This document shows, in pieces, positions 49,801-64,000 of a stretch of 64,000 bases of DNA (positions are counted from its first letter, which is position 1; each line of letters opens with the position of its first letter). Source of the stretch: Takakia lepidozioides (taxonomy: Eukaryota > Plantae > Bryophyta); the NCBI GenBank assembly GCA_030704615.1, contig CM060734.1, positions 41,292,001 to 41,356,000 of the forward strand, given 5' to 3'. Below the pieces are notes generated by a model. It was not told the origin of the DNA and did no database searches. It worked only from the letters and a program-made list of their open reading frames with translations. A program made the translations under genes and the position numbers.

Positions 49801-51831
49801 ACGCAGGCCCTGTGGAGCAGCAGACATGACATGACAAGTTTGCATGAACTCGCCAACTGCTCACCGCTTCCGTGCCTACATATGTCACATCCACAGTGGA
49901 CTCTCCCAGATCCTCTATCTTTCCTTTATTTTACTTTCCAAATCATTGTGGGTGCATTGTCTGGACGGAGGTCATTTGGGCACAAAAATCCCATAAATAC
50001 ATTTGTCCTCGGGTCTCATTGAGCAGTTTACTCCTCTGCCAGAATCTTTCCAAGTAATCCAACATCATTTCACCTAGGACTGATTGGAAAGTAGCACATG
50101 GACCTTCTCATCAGAAGGTTCATATGAACACCCCATTGCCAACTGCCAAGTACAACATGGCTGAGGAATGTATGAGCATTTGCAGTTGGGACCACGTGAG
50201 GGAAGTTCGCACAGTGATCGGCCTAGGGCCTTGAACCCTCTCTAGGAAACATGCACAGAGAAACTGGGATATACAATACAATACAACTGCTGACAGTTTC
50301 CTGCCCCGTACAGCACTGCTCCAACATTTGTAAATATAGTGAGTATCCCTCTGCCCCGGACAGTTCTGGATTATCATGGCCCTCCGTCATGATGGGGCAC
50401 GGCACGACTCTCAAATCCAGGAAAGTCCCTGTAGAAAGAGTTTTACCTCTACATAGGACAGACAGCTTAGGGCGTCTTTCCATGTGAACGCATTCCCATT
50501 CCAGTACACAATCCAAGACTCGGTTTGACGTTGAAACCCATCTCTATGGTTACCACGTAAACCCATTTAACTGACGGCCATCCCATGGTTTCCAGTTTCC
50601 ACCGATAAACTTTCCCTTGTCATAATCCATTTTGCTTTGTAATCTAGTCAGGGATTCCTGGACAAAATCTCCAAGTACATTTCTAGAATACGAGGATAAA
50701 GTTTTGGGTGGATTGTATGAAGTGAAAGGGAAAGTGCGAGGGCAAGGCAAGAACGAGACTGAAATGGATTACCTACACAGTGGCCGAGGGGCTTCCACAT
50801 TACATGACCCGCTCCTTGTTTGGAGTGCAGCATCGTGCAGATGTACACATAGATTGATTGATTGATTGATTGTCATATTTCCTCAGCACTAGAGAGGTGT
50901 GCCAATGGTAATCAGGTCAACTGCTTCAGTGGCCGAGGGAGAATGGAGCCCATTCTTCCGACGCCTCTTGGGTTCCATTCTCCCAAGAAGAGGAATGGGG
51001 AAAGGTCCCGTTTCCCCTTTACATGACATCAGCAAAATGGAAATTGCATGGCAGCTAGCTGATCATGTCTGGACAAAGAAACGAGAAACTTTGAATTGTC
51101 GAGCACTCTTGGGTTCCCTCTATCATTGCACGACTAGTAGAAAAGCAATCGGTGGGTTGTACCCTTTCAACAGGCTTTAGAAATTTTGCGAAGTGGCCCC
51201 ACCCAATCACAATCTGAGCACGAATAATAGCCACAATTGAAGGGGTTATGCACCCCTTCAGTGTATGTCTCGCTTGTCTTTCATGAACAAGTCATGAACT
51301 CTTCCGTGCGAGGGTTTTGGTATCCGCCAACGGATGGGCATCTGCTTGTGAGGTCTGCTTCAATCTGTCTTCTGCAACTGAAAGTTTTTCTTGTCTGGGT
51401 ATTATCTCAGGAACTGAGCGCATTGCTTGGGAGACTGATCTCTTAAAGGAGACGATTTGTGGAGCGCTGTGCTTTCACTCCTCTCCCCGTCTCAGCGTGT
51501 TTTGATGATGGTGACGAAGTTACAATTTCCTCTCGCTTTTAGGTCATATCTGATAAACATATCTGATGTACAATTCTAGCTTTGCTGTTATCTTCACGAA
51601 CTTGGCTTAGTTGTATTCGAGATCGACTAGAGAGAGAGAGAGTTGCAGCACACTATGTGCAGCTAAAACGATACGCCCTGTTTGCAGCGAGATTCTCAAG
51701 CGTTCTCACGCACATATGTGTTAGAGGCTTGCCCGAGACCCATGGAAAACTGAAGATCGTTACAAGCAGCTTTTGCTTGCTTATGTTTGATTGGAGCATG
51801 TGGTTGTCACACTCGTAAGAAGCTACAGAAC

Positions 51832-53079
51832 ATGAACGATCCCCCTCGTCCCCCGCAAGTCGGAGGAACTAGGTATGCATTTGAGACTAATAAATTTCCC
51901 ATGTGCACCCGGTGGGAAAATGCTGCTCTGGCAACCACCGTGTCCGATACCGAGCATGATATAGAGCCCACGGATGAGAGCTTCCTGGAACCAGCAAAGA
52001 ATGAAAGCCTTTCGGAGCCCATGGACGAAAGCCTTTGGGGGACTCTTCCTGAAGACATACAAGATCGAATTTTGGCATGGCTGCCATTTCCAGCCTTTGC
52101 TCGGGCTTGCACCGTTTGTAAAAGATGGAACTCTATTCTCTGCTCAGAGAGCTTTCTGGAGATGTACAGACAAGTGCCCTGTCGGGATCCATGCTTCCTC
52201 ATGTTCGAAGCTAAGGATTGCAGTATGTGTTCCCTCTATAACCCAGCGTTGAATTGTTGGCATCAGTTGTCCTTCTCCTTCTTCCAATACGATTCCAAGT
52301 TTCCAGTGTGTGCTGGGGCTGGATTACTGTGTTTCTGCGGTGTGAGTCCTTACCCCAGTCTCTTTGTGGTCAATCCATTCACCAAGAACTGGAAAGAACT
52401 ACCGCCCATGGTGTACAAACGCTTCCCACATCTGGTGGGTATAGAGGTCGATGATCATTCCAGAACCTACAAAATCATTGCTGCAGGTGATTACCATGAT
52501 GAATATGCACAATCCACTGAGGTTTATGACTCTGTCACAAACAGCTGGGATGCTTGTGGTGATGGGGTTCCTTTGGCCAACTATATGTTGAGGAATGCAT
52601 GCGCCGATAGCGTCTTCTACTGCCTAACAGGTGACCCATATGGAGTTATAAAATTCAACATGCAGAACAGGCTATGGAGCGAGCTCCGTGCCCATATGCC
52701 ACCCTTTCTCACCTCCCCCCATCTTGTGGGATGCCACGGACGGCTTTTCATGGTTGGGGGGGTTAAGAAACAGATTCACCCTAGGAGTATTAGAATATGG
52801 GAGCTTCAGCAAACCACAATGGATTGGGAGGAATCAGCAAGAATGCCTAGCACACTCTGCACCCGCTTCCTCAAGGATTCAAGGCATGGAGATTTCATGT
52901 GCGTGGGCCACAAGAATCTCATATTCTTGACTAGCTACAAATGCTCGTGTGGGTTGATGTATGACTTGACAAACAATCTGTGGCGATGGCTGCCAGCTTG
53001 TCCCCTCCTCACCGTTGTAGATGTTTGCAGATTGTTCATTGGATTTCCTTTCAGCCCCAGGTTTGATACTCCAGTCTAG
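51832..53079 (+). CDS. F-box protein with kelch-like/beta-propeller C-terminus, single coding exon
   Basis: F-box WGTLPEDIQDRILAWLP...CTVCKRWNS; GLLCF..VVNPFTK.W.ELPPM; YKIIAAG; EVYDS..NSW. First in-frame ATG at 51832. Confidence 0.9.
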   Translation: MNDPPRPPQVGGTRYAFETNKFPMCTRWENAALATTVSDTEHDIEPTDESFLEPAKNESLSEPMDESLWGTLPEDIQDRILAWLPFPAFARACTVCKRWNSILCSESFLEMYRQVPCRDPCFLMFEAKDCSMCSLYNPALNCWHQLSFSFFQYDSKFPVCAGAGLLCFCGVSPYPSLFVVNPFTKNWKELPPMVYKRFPHLVGIEVDDHSRTYKIIAAGDYHDEYAQSTEVYDSVTNSWDACGDGVPLANYMLRNACADSVFYCLTGDPYGVIKFNMQNRLWSELRAHMPPFLTSPHLVGCHGRLFMVGGVKKQIHPRSIRIWELQQTTMDWEESARMPSTLCTRFLKDSRHGDFMCVGHKNLIFLTSYKCSCGLMYDLTNNLWRWLPACPLLTVVDVCRLFIGFPFSPRFDTPV

Positions 53080-53883
53080 ACTGAAAGCATTATCAAATGT
53101 TGCATGTGCACAAGAAAAGTAAAATGACTGCTCTAAGACTCTGCAACCTGGTGCCCACATGATTCAAGAATGTTAAAATGAAAGAGTTGGAAGTCATGAT
53201 CAAAGACCATGATTGTTCCTTAACCTCTACTCCACACCAAGTTAGGTTTCTCCTCTTAACCCTGAGAATGATCACTTTTCTGCCCCTTCAGATTTTAGTA
53301 CACCCAAATGCTTGCAGCAAGCCCCTTGTGAAGATAAAAGGATTTCCTTATGAAGGGTCTGGGCAGACCGCCTCACCAACTTTGAACCCTGCTGTGAAGT
53401 GTCAGAGTAATTGTGTTTGGACGAGTGAGACCCTTTCTCTATCTTATACAATTTTCCTGGGATTTGCTCTGAGACATGCAGTAAGCTTAGTAGTCACCCT
53501 GTTGGGCATAGTTCCCCTGTCCAATGGCGGTATGTGGGGTAACTGCCACAGCACTAATGGATTTGCAATTGAGCTTTACTCCGCGACATGCAAGTGACAT
53601 AGGGTCTTGGATTGGAGGAATGTTAGAGAGGACAGAGTTAGAGATAGACAGACAGCAGATACTGGGTACTGCACAACATAATCCACATCATAAGGAGAAG
53701 CATGCATACAGCAGCACCAAGACTTCAAGCCCGTGACATCAAACACCGTTGCATTACACCAATGAAACTGTTTACAATAACAATTGCCATGCCAAAAACT
53801 CTGCTGTGTGAATCACATTGCGATGATAATCTGCATGGCAGACTTGACAAAAAACCTTAATCTCGCTTCAGAATACAGAGCCC

Positions 53884-56800
53884 TTAGGAAATCCTAAGTG
53901 CTTTAATCCAATCTAGCTCAAGGCGAAAAGGCCCAGGTCCTTGCAGGATCCCTTCTGGGCCACCTTCAGCTGAGAGTGAAAGCCCCATGCCCACTACTCG
54001 TGTTGTATTCATTACATTGTTGGAGTCGACAATTTTGCCCTTCCATGTGGGTAGGTAACGTGCCAGTGGAATCTGCAACCCCCAGAACACACCCACAATT
54101 TTTGTAGCACTGAGTAACGAGAGACAACGAAGGACACTTGACACTCAAGAACTTGACTCTTTTCCTTAGAGGTTAGATCAACATAAAACTCTCAGGTACA
54201 TTTCGGTGTGCACATATAAGAGTGCTTGATATACCCTGTCTGTCACTACATGAGCAAACCTGGTAACATGCTTTGGAGTGATAGAGGTGAGATGTATGGA
54301 AATCGAATAGATGCATGGAAGGCTGTCACCTTGACAACACACCACTCATCCTGTGGGGCAAACACAAATGCTTGCCATGTGTTGGAGTCCGGTGCACCTG
54401 GGCCACCCATCCAATTCTCGGTTCTTATCTGCAGCAGACGTGTTCCAATGGGTGTCAGTAACTCCAGTTTGTCAAGAGGGATGAGTCTTCCCGGTTTGTG
54501 CCTGGAAAGATTATATGAGAGAAGGCAATTTAGGTCACTTCAAGGTTTTCAGAACAACTTTGATGGATTATATTGAAACTTAAGATGGGGCATCCCACAG
54601 TCCAAGTACTTTTTGCAGAGAATAGAAGGAACAGAGTAGAAAGAGAGTTGGAGAGACGATATACGCTGGATAAGTAGCAGCGCCCATCTCCCTTCAGTCG
54701 CAGGGCAATCGTGTCAAATGGCTCCAGGTCAAGGCTGTGTTTTCCCTGCTCAATCAGAAGGCATCCGTACACCAGTGACTAAACTGTTTGCAGGCCCATA
54801 TCCCAATTGCATATGTATGTATGTATGTATGTATGTATTTGTGAGAGCAAGCGCAGAGAGAAAAGGGTGCCGAAAAGGGGAAAACATGGTGAGGGGGCAA
54901 ACAGATCCCCACTGTGAGTCTGCCGTTCACCTAGAGCAGAAGAGACAAACACTAGCACAAACAAATCCAATGAGAGCTACATAACCATTAGGCTCAAAAT
55001 GCCATGACCATGAGTAAGTGCTTGTAGGATGTAGGATTGGGCATTGAAATTTAATTGAATAATCTTTAGTGTGGACAATGAGCACCGTATACATATTGAA
55101 CCCGAAATGTCATGCAACGAAATATTTCCCTTCGGGGTGAAGTGACACCATAAGTTACCCTTGCTTCAGCAGAAGTCTTCCTCTCTCTCCTCAATTCAAT
55201 ATAAAATACATTCAAGTCGGACAGAGAATGGCTCAAATTACAGAAAATTTTGGGAAATGTCCACATGTTTTCTGCCCATCAGTTCCACCTGGTACGATAG
55301 ATCATACATGATCCAATCATAAAACTACTGTCCGTTTTTGATAATGCGAAGGCTTTTTTCAAACCTCGCAAATTGCAGTGCTTTCAGTTTTACCTCCTCT
55401 TGCTTTCATTGCAACAAGAATCACCACCAGCAGACTCTGCGATGGATTTGCTCACAACATTTTCTGACCTTACTGAGCATTTCTACATTTCTAGATGTGC
55501 ATTGATTGGTGTTGCTTCATGAACTGAAAAAATTACCTCGACTGTCCGAATACCTGAAAAACCACTGCGCTTCATGCGGATGCTAGAGTCATCAGTCAGC
55601 TCAAGTGACAAATTCCCTGTAAACACCCCTGCCTCCACACACATACCATTCTCCAGTTTCACTACAATATGGACTCTTGCTAAGAGAAAGATACGAAGGG
55701 TTTGCGGGGAGGACGGATGGACAGACAAAGAAACAGTGAATACAAAGAACATTGGAGAACAATTGGCAGCTAGGGAAATAAGCTTGCAATGGACAAAACA
55801 AGGGAGGAAGAAGTCTCGTTGTTCTAGGCAGCTGCAGAATCAACAGAAGTAGCATCATAGGTACCTTGCCTACTCCACTCTGATCTCCACTTAACTGAAG
55901 TGATGCGGTCGACAAACCTGCACCCAGCCCAGAGGCATGGTGTCACAGTCAAGAACACTTACTGTTACCCTCACATGTCCACACATGCCTTAAGAACTAG
56001 CATTGACATGGTTGAGGACTTAACAATCCATCTAAAACTGGTTCACTTGTTCACCAGAATGATCCTTCTGTGTAGTACCCCACAGCTTTGGGTTGCCAAA
56101 GGAATAGCATCAACTCCTTAGGATCATACATGAGCAAGACCTCAGGTGACATGAAAGGGGACACACCACCAAGCTCGGAATCAGAATAGACCTCCCACTG
56201 GCTTAAGTCTGTTGCTGCCGCAAACCTGAAGAGGGTTTGCTCTGATGGTGGGCTTATATCTTTCAAGTTCCATGCCACCGCTGCACGGCAAGCAAATCCA
56301 CATTGATAAATTTCTTCTCTGTACTGCAAGTCTCAGGCTTGGGGCCAAAAACCTAATACTGAGGAATTTACCTGATACTTTAAACAACTGGAACTGGAAC
56401 ACCATACATACTTGTAAATTCAGCAGATGTGATTATGTCGTGTATTTGTCCATGCCACACATTACTGGAGGTGTTTGAACTTCCCTAGACCAGAATGTTG
56501 GTATGGTTAGTGACATTTACAAAGCACTATGTTACAGGCCAACAGTGGCTCCCATTGAAAGCCAGAGTATTGAACTGGACTATAAATGCCAGTGGTCATT
56601 CCCACGTTCATTAGCTGCTAGTTGTAGCCTCTGTGACTGGTGCCCGTTTGAATTCTGCTCTTGCACTTCGGGGTCCAATGCACTTTGGGCAACTTAAACA
56701 TGAGCTAAACCCTAAACCTCGCAGTAGAAAATTCTGTAGATGAGGTGCAGGGTCTTGCAGCAATTTACTGACCAAGCCTGGTGCATCTGGCAGCTTAATT

Positions 56801-57507
56801 AACATTCCAACATAAATTTGATCACCACAAGAACTTGAAGTACTAGCTGTCTGTCAAGTAGAAATTTCACCTTGAAAAAACATCTTGAAGACTTCTAGAT
56901 CGAATTAGGTCAAGTGGCAATTGGAATATCAAGGCAACTACGAAGACCTTCTTCCTTCTCTAGGTCAGGTGAATGCGCCTGAGAAATGGCAGCTCATTTC
57001 ACATGATCTTCACGGGGAAGGAATCATGTGTGGCGCATGGAGAGTAGCGCACATTGAAAGAGTACTGACATTGGACATCATATACCGTGAGAGACATGCA
57101 CAGCAAGGACATACAAGGAGAGTAGAAGAAAAGCATGTTAAGCAACATGCAGCAGAACATTATTTACTTCATTCAATACAAAATCAACAAAACGAGTCGA
57201 GATTTCAAATCTCCAAAGCACACAAACCCAAGTTCATCAATGCAATGACGAGAATCATTTCAATCTCCCGATGCTAAGACCTAAAGCAGTCATGAATCTT
57301 ACTGCAATGCAAAAATATAGTTTGACCTGAAAGGTCAAGGATATGAAGGAAATGAAAAAGTGCTGGGATCCAAAGCTCTTCGATATCTTGATGCGCACTA
57401 TATGATCCAGAACCCAACACACTCGACGCATGGAAATGGCACCAGAAGAGAGAGAAATTACCCCGGCGAGTTGCATTGACAGAGGCTTGGACAAGCGCGC
57501 GAAACAT
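53884..57507 (-). CDS. CIA30: Complex I intermediate-associated protein 30 (NDUFAF1/CIA30 family), multi-exon
   Basis: MFRALVQASVNATRR presequence; WEVYSDSELGG; GVFTGNLS...RSGFSG; LRLKGDGRCY; IPLARYLPTWKG...GPFRLELDWIKA. Confidence 0.85.
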
Positions 57508-58090
57508 GACACCACGAAAGCAATCACCCACTTTTCCTCCGCATTGCCAATCCCTTCCACAAACCCCTCTCCCTCTCTTCTGATTCTTGCACTCCGATTT
57601 TCCTCCGAGTTGCGACACTTCGTTTGACATCTCGATTCCAAGCGTTAAGGCTAAAGTAAAACTGTTAATCTCGTTTATCTTTTAATCAGATCTCGAATTC
57701 GATTGGCCCGCTCGAGATTCTGCAGACTATGTTGCAGGGATTGCAAGATCCCTCTTCCAATTCCCTGTGATCGATCTCTCCACCAGGTAAGCCTACATGG
57801 CCAGGGCTGCGGAGCTGACGGTGGCAGGTCTTGCCAAGCGTTTATCTGCGGCTGGATCTCTTCTGGGCAGTAGTGGTTTATGGGGTATGGCCCCTTGTCC
57901 CTAATGTATTTCAATAGTTCACTTATGAGAAGAAGAAGAGAGAGGGAGAGGAATTTTTATTCAGGAAAGCTTGTGGGTCATCTGTGGCGAGGCCTGCTGT
58001 GCATTTGGGTCCCGGGTCTTGACAATGGGGGAAGCCTTTTCTATCAAAATAGGGCTTGGGGGAACCTTTTTGTAATCAGTCAATTTCTGG

Positions 58091-59428
58091 GTGGAAGCAG
58101 ATGTTGCAGGAAGTGAAGGGGGTACTGGGGTGAGCTTGTTGCTGCGTCGATGGGCTACGAAGAAGGCTGGTGGATCCACACAGAATGGCCGCGATTCTCT
58201 TCCCAAAAATCTCGGGGTTAAGAAATATGGAGGCCAGGTCTGTGTGCACATGGATGGTATTTGCTGCAGAAATTCTCTGGTTTGATTGTAAACAAGTTAC
58301 GGTTTCTTTTCTCTGGTCGGTTTTGCATAATGCATAAGGGAGCTGTTTATGGTAGGACACATGGAAGAGGTGAACCTCAGCTGTATCACTACTGGTGACC
58401 CTCAACTAGGATGAATTCGAGGCCTAGGCGCAATCAGGTGCTAATCTGCTTGATAAAAGCTTTGAATGCTAACTCGTGAAAGCAACCTGGTCAGATTAGC
58501 TATGTACCATGTTCAGCTTCAATGCAAGCCCCACTAGATTAACCTACTTTGTTACTGGGCCTTATTCAGGCCCCCAGCACATATCTAGTGCTGTAGAATA
58601 TACCTGCCTCTCCACTGGTTCTGCAGGAACTGAAAGAGTTCCTCGTGTTTGCTACACTTGCCACCATACCTGTGATGATTTTCCTCCCAAAATGTAACAA
58701 CAACGTCTCTTTTAAATCCATCAGAATGTGCAAAGAGATTTTATTAGACCTCTGAGTAGTCTGATAAGAATTGTTTGTCAAGCTTTTCTGCTTCTTTGCT
58801 TAGGAAGGCAAGGATGAAGTCACCGCGTAGGCAGTGCAGCTTTATGTGGTGCTTGCCTGCAGTCATGAGTGATATTGACATCCTATGGTAGATTTTGTCT
58901 GTTTTGTGTTTACATGTCTGATTTTTTTACTGGATTGACTGTACTTGGTCTAGGTTGGCTCGATTACTGTTGTAGTAGAAAGTTTTTTTTTTCCTCCACT
59001 CAAAACAGCCAGAGGCTTCAGGAAGCACATCTATTTAGAAGTGTCTTCAAAACATGCAAGAGCTGCAAAACTAGACTGTTAACCATGGTGAAGTTCTTTA
59101 AACAATCGAATCACTTCCCCTAATTTGCAAAATGTGCAACAGATTTGGTCTAACTGCAGCTTTGTGTTGGAACATGCAGAAGGTGATACCAGGGAACATC
59201 ATCGTTCGCCAACGCGGCACACGATTCCATCCCGGTGACTTTGTTGGCATGGGTCGTGATCATACTCTGTTTGCCCTTGCAAATGGGCAGGTGAGGTTTG
59301 AGAAGGACAAGCTTTCTGGCCGCAAGTGGGTGCACGTGGATCCCACAGGGGGCCCTCCAGTTCATCCTGCTTACAGAAATGTAACTTCCGAAAAGGTTGA
59401 TAGTGCGGCTGAAAAGGTTTCTAGATAG
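58091..59428 (+). CDS. RPL27: Mitochondrial ribosomal protein bL27; true start upstream (~57.7-58.1 kb) unresolved
   Basis: [30 protein letters not shown], intron, then [36 protein letters not shown]. Confidence 0.9.
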
Positions 59429-60437
59429 CATTAAATTGAAGTAGATAGCCCTGTAGTCCACACTGTTTTCATGGTCGAAATGGCCTCTTGTGGATAGCAA
59501 AACCAGCCTTTGACTATTGCACCACTCTGAGCCATTCTCGTTTGAGGTTTTTGTGATGCCAGCTTACCAATCTCCATTTTGACACATTTTGTGCATTGGG
59601 AAGGAACAAAGTTTTCAAGGTGGTTGATTGAAATCAATCTCTAGCCCCTGGCAACTCTAGAGCAGCCTTTGTGGCTGTTGGCTAGATGTAGTATCAGTGG
59701 GGCAGGAGGCAACAGGGTGCTTGTGTATTTTGAAATCATTCAGACAAAAGAGCTATTTAAGAGTTCTCCAGACATCCTTGCAAAAGAGGAGATTTTGTCA
59801 GAGTAAAGTTTCCTGGTCAAGATCAAGAGCAAGAAGTGCAAATTGTGCAGGCTTCATTCTGCATAAATCAACTTGGCAACCTGATGAATGAAATGAGTCC
59901 CATTCATGACTATCTGTGCACGAGGATTTTTCTATGATCTCTTTCTGTTCTCTCAAGTACACGGAATGGAGGACAGCTCTGTCTTTCCATTGGCACTAAA
60001 ATGGTGGACATGCTGGAAGACAGAATGGAACACCAAAAATAGGAACGAATTGTAAAACCCTACCACCGGGATAAACCCAAGAATCAATGCCTGCAAATTC
60101 AGCTACAATTTCACCAGCTTATACTTTGCCGGACAGAGTTCCTTTGCCCACGCCTGAACGATGATCGATGCTTGAGAGAAGCTGTTCTGTGGAGTTACGA
60201 TTAGGTCAGTACTTACTGGAAGATAAGCACCACCGTGCCCATCGTTTGAAGAAACGTGAAGTAAGCAAGTCGGAGAGCTTCACAGACTCTGAATCCTTCA
60301 ACGCCAGCGTTTGGAAAGCCAAAGAAATTCGAGAAACTGAGGGAGGAGGGATGGCTAGAAGTGATTGAGATCTCAGAAGGTGACAAGCGGAAAATTGGAG
60401 GGAGGAGATGTGCGGAGGCAGGGGGGGATTCTGGAGC

Positions 60438-63400
60438 ATGAGCGGAAGGGTGATGAAAGCATTGTTGGGATTGACAGCAATGCTCGCAATGCTGCAGTCT
60501 GCGGCTGCAATTTACTGCGAAGAGGATGACTGCTACGATCTTCTCGGGTCTGTTTCCTAAACGCATGTTTTGTTCCTCTCTTTTTTTCACGTGACTGGCA
60601 ATCTCTCTCTGGAGTCTGGTGCTTGGGCACAAACACAGAATGCTCGAATACAGGAATTGGCAGTTTAGTACGTGCGTATTCTCTGAAGATCGACTGGGGA
60701 CAGTCGATATGAGCTGCTAAGAGGCCATACCATCTCTTTGACTAGACAAGGCAATCAAATTAACCTAATCAGAAACGTTTAGCTGTACGTCTGGTGGCGG
60801 AGGAGTCCCCGTAGCTCATGCGCCCAGAGATGCCATTGTAGATTTTGCGATTTTTGACCAGGGGCCTGTTGTCACTTCCCCGAATGTTCAGAGTACCCCT
60901 TTCTCTGTTACTCACACACAGACGCTGCCACAAATGATACGCTTACTCTTCCCTTTTGGATTGAACTCCAAGAATATGAAGCAGGAGCCTGTTAAGGAAA
61001 TATATGATGTTGGACCATCTCGCCAAAGTTGGAGATCAGCGAGGCATGTCATTATGAAGATCCACTCACACTTTGTGGCAAGTGGGGTGATAGGGTCACG
61101 CAGTCTGCAACAGCAGCGGAGATCAAGAAATCCTACTACAAACTCTCTCTCAAATAGTATGTTCGCTGGTACTCTTGTTTTTCAATTATATGAAGAGGCC
61201 GGGGGCTACCGGGGTGCTAAAGTAGTGGTAGAGAAATGTTACAGTCGGATGGGTGGTTATAGAGGCTTCTGTTACCAAGATGGTGCTAGAGAGGTGTACT
61301 TGCCCCCATGTGAGATGCTCATGCTGAGGTAGCAACAGTCTGGTCTGCCAGACCCAGTCGTGAGGTTAGAGCATATAGATTCAACCAAATTTGCCATGGC
61401 ACTCAGACTACAGGCTATTTGCTAGTTTGGCCATAGGGACTAGCAAATTGTATGGTGTGCCCACTGGCATGGACTCCACACTAAAAAGTAGATTTGGGGT
61501 TTTTGTGCAGCCACCCAGACAAAAATCCTGATCCTGAAGCGAGGAAACTCTTTTTGAAAATAGCAACTGCTTATGAGGTGCCTATCTCCCCTTCCTTTCC
61601 TTCTGTTATGTTGTGCACATGTCGATGTTCAAATAAGAATGAAGCGAGTATTGCCTGCATTTTGGGACCATATGTTTGAACCATCTTTTGACATGTAGAG
61701 AGCTTGGGAAAGATGTGCAGAAAGGACAAATGAAAAGGTGGTACCCCTGCTTCTCTATCTTTCTCCTCTCCTTGTTTTGTCTTGTACAAGCCTGGGTACT
61801 TTGGCATACCAATGCGGATGGTTTGTATGTAACAGATATTGAAGGACGATGCAATGCGGGAACAATATGATTATGCCATTGCTCATCCAGAGCAGGTTTT
61901 TTCCATTCTCTCTTCCTTTCAGCCATTAGTGTAAGCATCTAGAGTCCATGTTTAGCAGCATCCAAACCAGCTTTGGATGCTGACAACCTTGTTGGTATTC
62001 CACATAAATGTCAAGCTGAATGATTTGCTGCTAGCCATGGTCAGGTCCATACTTAGGAAGAGAGCTGATGGAGGTGAGTATGTGGCATACTTACCTAATT
62101 CTCTGTTGCTACAAAGCTAAGAATCTGTCCTGTTTATGGTGCTGATGAAGGCCATAGGAAGTGCTTGTAGGAACGACTACTGATGGAGGATGTGGGTCAT
62201 GCAGTTCTTGTATAACCATGCACGCTATTATCAGGCTTACTACGGGCCTCAGGCGGTAAGTCAGAGTTCAAGTTACCTGGATGTTATTTTTCCAAGCTGT
62301 ATTCCCCCCCCTCTCCGATTCATGACTGCCGTACTCACAATAGCAGCAATGAATTCCAGGAAACGAGAAATGATCAGGTGGGATGAAAAATAGTTGGAGG
62401 TGTGGGCAGCATTAAAATAGAAAACTGAGATTAGGTGATGTGGGGATGACCACAAGAGCTCACTTGCCTTTGAGTGACATGATCGGATGGGTTTCTACAC
62501 CAGGACAGTCCCTATGAGCACAAGGTTTAGTTTCATTTGGTGATATTGTTTTCATGGGCTTGCAGGATTTACGGGCGGTCCTTGGAGGGCTGTTGGTTGT
62601 GTTATCGTGCTTTCAGTATTTGAATCAATGCACTCGATATGGTCAGGTGATTCACGCGGCACTTTATCTTGCAGATTCCGTATATGTACTTTCACAAATG
62701 GCATGGACATGTGCTAACGCTTTAACAGAGGCAGTGTTTTTTTTTTGAAATTTGCAAAACAACAGGAGTGGCTACTGAGTTTTGCAGGAAATAGGCATAT
62801 TTTCTGTTCATCCACTGAAATTTGGATAGAATCATCCTGCTCGGTACTTTCATCCATGTATATCATCCATATTTGGCGAATTCATCGAAGATTGATATTC
62901 TATGCGGAAAAGTTTGGCGATTTCATCCATGAAAAAACAAGGAATTTACGAGAGAATATTCTATTTTATTTCTTGAGGTCGAAAAAGTGCGAAATTTCGC
63001 CTGACCAGAGGCATTCGGCATGAGTCTGATTTGAACAAGAACACTGTTTCTGTGCAGATGCTAAACATGGTGAAGCAGACACCAGCGTATAAGAACAAGC
63101 TTAAGGCATTGGAACTGGAACGAAGTGGTGCAGTACCCAACAAGAAGAAGGGCTCAAAATCTAAGATCCGGTCAGCAGTGACTGTCTTTTTTGTGTGTTT
63201 TCTTGCCCTTCCGTGTTAAGAGTGGTGGCATGTGGAGCTGGTAACCAACTTGAAATGGAATTTTCTTTGAAATCTTTGACCTCTTCCCCTCTCTACGGAG
63301 AATGGAAGACATGCCTCACTTGTCATATTTGCATGATTTGATTTGAGAGATGGAGATGATGTGGCTGGAGGGACAGGCCACTGCCAGCATCAACTCAATC

Positions 63401-63603
63401 TACTTTGTACTGAAATGTTGAATATTTCCTCAATTGTGTGGCCATGATAACACAGACAGTATGGTCACTTTGGACTGTGCAGGGCAGATGTATCGGAGGA
63501 GGTGAGCAAAGAACTTGAGTTGCAGATCCAAGGGGCTGATAAGCCAACTGTTTGGCAATTGATTGGCGTTCGTTTCCTGCTGCTTCCTTACACCCTTGGC
63601 AAG
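60438..63603 (+). CDS. ER J-domain protein, ERdj7/DNAJC25-like; continues beyond the window
   Basis: Signal peptide + IYCEEDDCYDLLG; IKKSYYKLSLKY|HPDKNPDP; YDYAIAHPE; YYQAYYG; DLRAVL..FQY; KPTVWQL...LPY. GT-AG introns. Confidence 0.88.
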
Positions 63604-64000
63604 GTTAGCTTTCCTATCCATTAATAGGGCAGGATCACCCAGTACCCGATGCCTATAACTAGCTTCTAAGATGCTTGTGAAATGACTCTCTAATATGTTG
63701 ACATGGTGCTCCCAACTCCTGGGGTGGTTGGATGAGCCACATGCTGTAGCTTTTGACTTGGCAAGGGCAGTGGATCTGGCGGTATTGGATAAGGCAGCAG
63801 CCATATGCTTGGGGGGATGCAGCATATTTGACCTGCTACCACCTTGGAATCCCTTCTTCTGCTTGGAGAAGCATGAGTAAGTTTTTCATGTTCCTCAATC
63901 CAAGTGAGTCCACCTTTTATATCCTACTTCTGGACTAATCTAGTGAAACCAGCCCACAACTGGTTTTTGTGTTCTCAATGCAAACCCTACATTCTGGGCA

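Noticed and set aside
54813-54838. (ATGT)n, and (GATT)n at ~50852
   Set aside because: Ordinary microsatellites.
61956-61982. 11 bp perfect hairpin in a J-protein intron
   Set aside because: Too short for a miRNA precursor or MITE; plausible by chance.

Overview
Eukaryotic land-plant genomic DNA, most likely a non-seed plant (spliceosomal introns, CHASE cytokinin receptor, DRP4-type dynamin, CRE-clade retroelement). The left 17 kb is a nested transposon block. A Mutator-like element (SWIM/MULE transposase on the minus strand, convergent ULP1-like C48 protease on the plus strand) is interrupted by a ~10.5 kb Ty3/Gypsy-type retrotransposon (~5575-16064, minus strand). The retrotransposon's Pol region has the unusual order protease - DNMT3-like C5 cytosine methyltransferase (motifs I-X in canonical order) - RT - RNase H - integrase - PHD finger. 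Every frameshift I checked in it can be fixed by lengthening one base run by one nucleotide, so the element may be intact. No LTR pair is visible. Downstream are an Mx-like/DRP4 dynamin pseudogene, an aldo-keto reductase gene with repeat-rich introns, a MITE-like element, LINE fragments, a degenerate CRE-clade non-LTR retrotransposon, a CHASE histidine kinase, an F-box gene, CIA30, mitochondrial RPL27 and an ERdj7/DNAJC25-like J-protein that runs off the window end. All coordinates and translations were read by eye, so exon boundaries are approximate.
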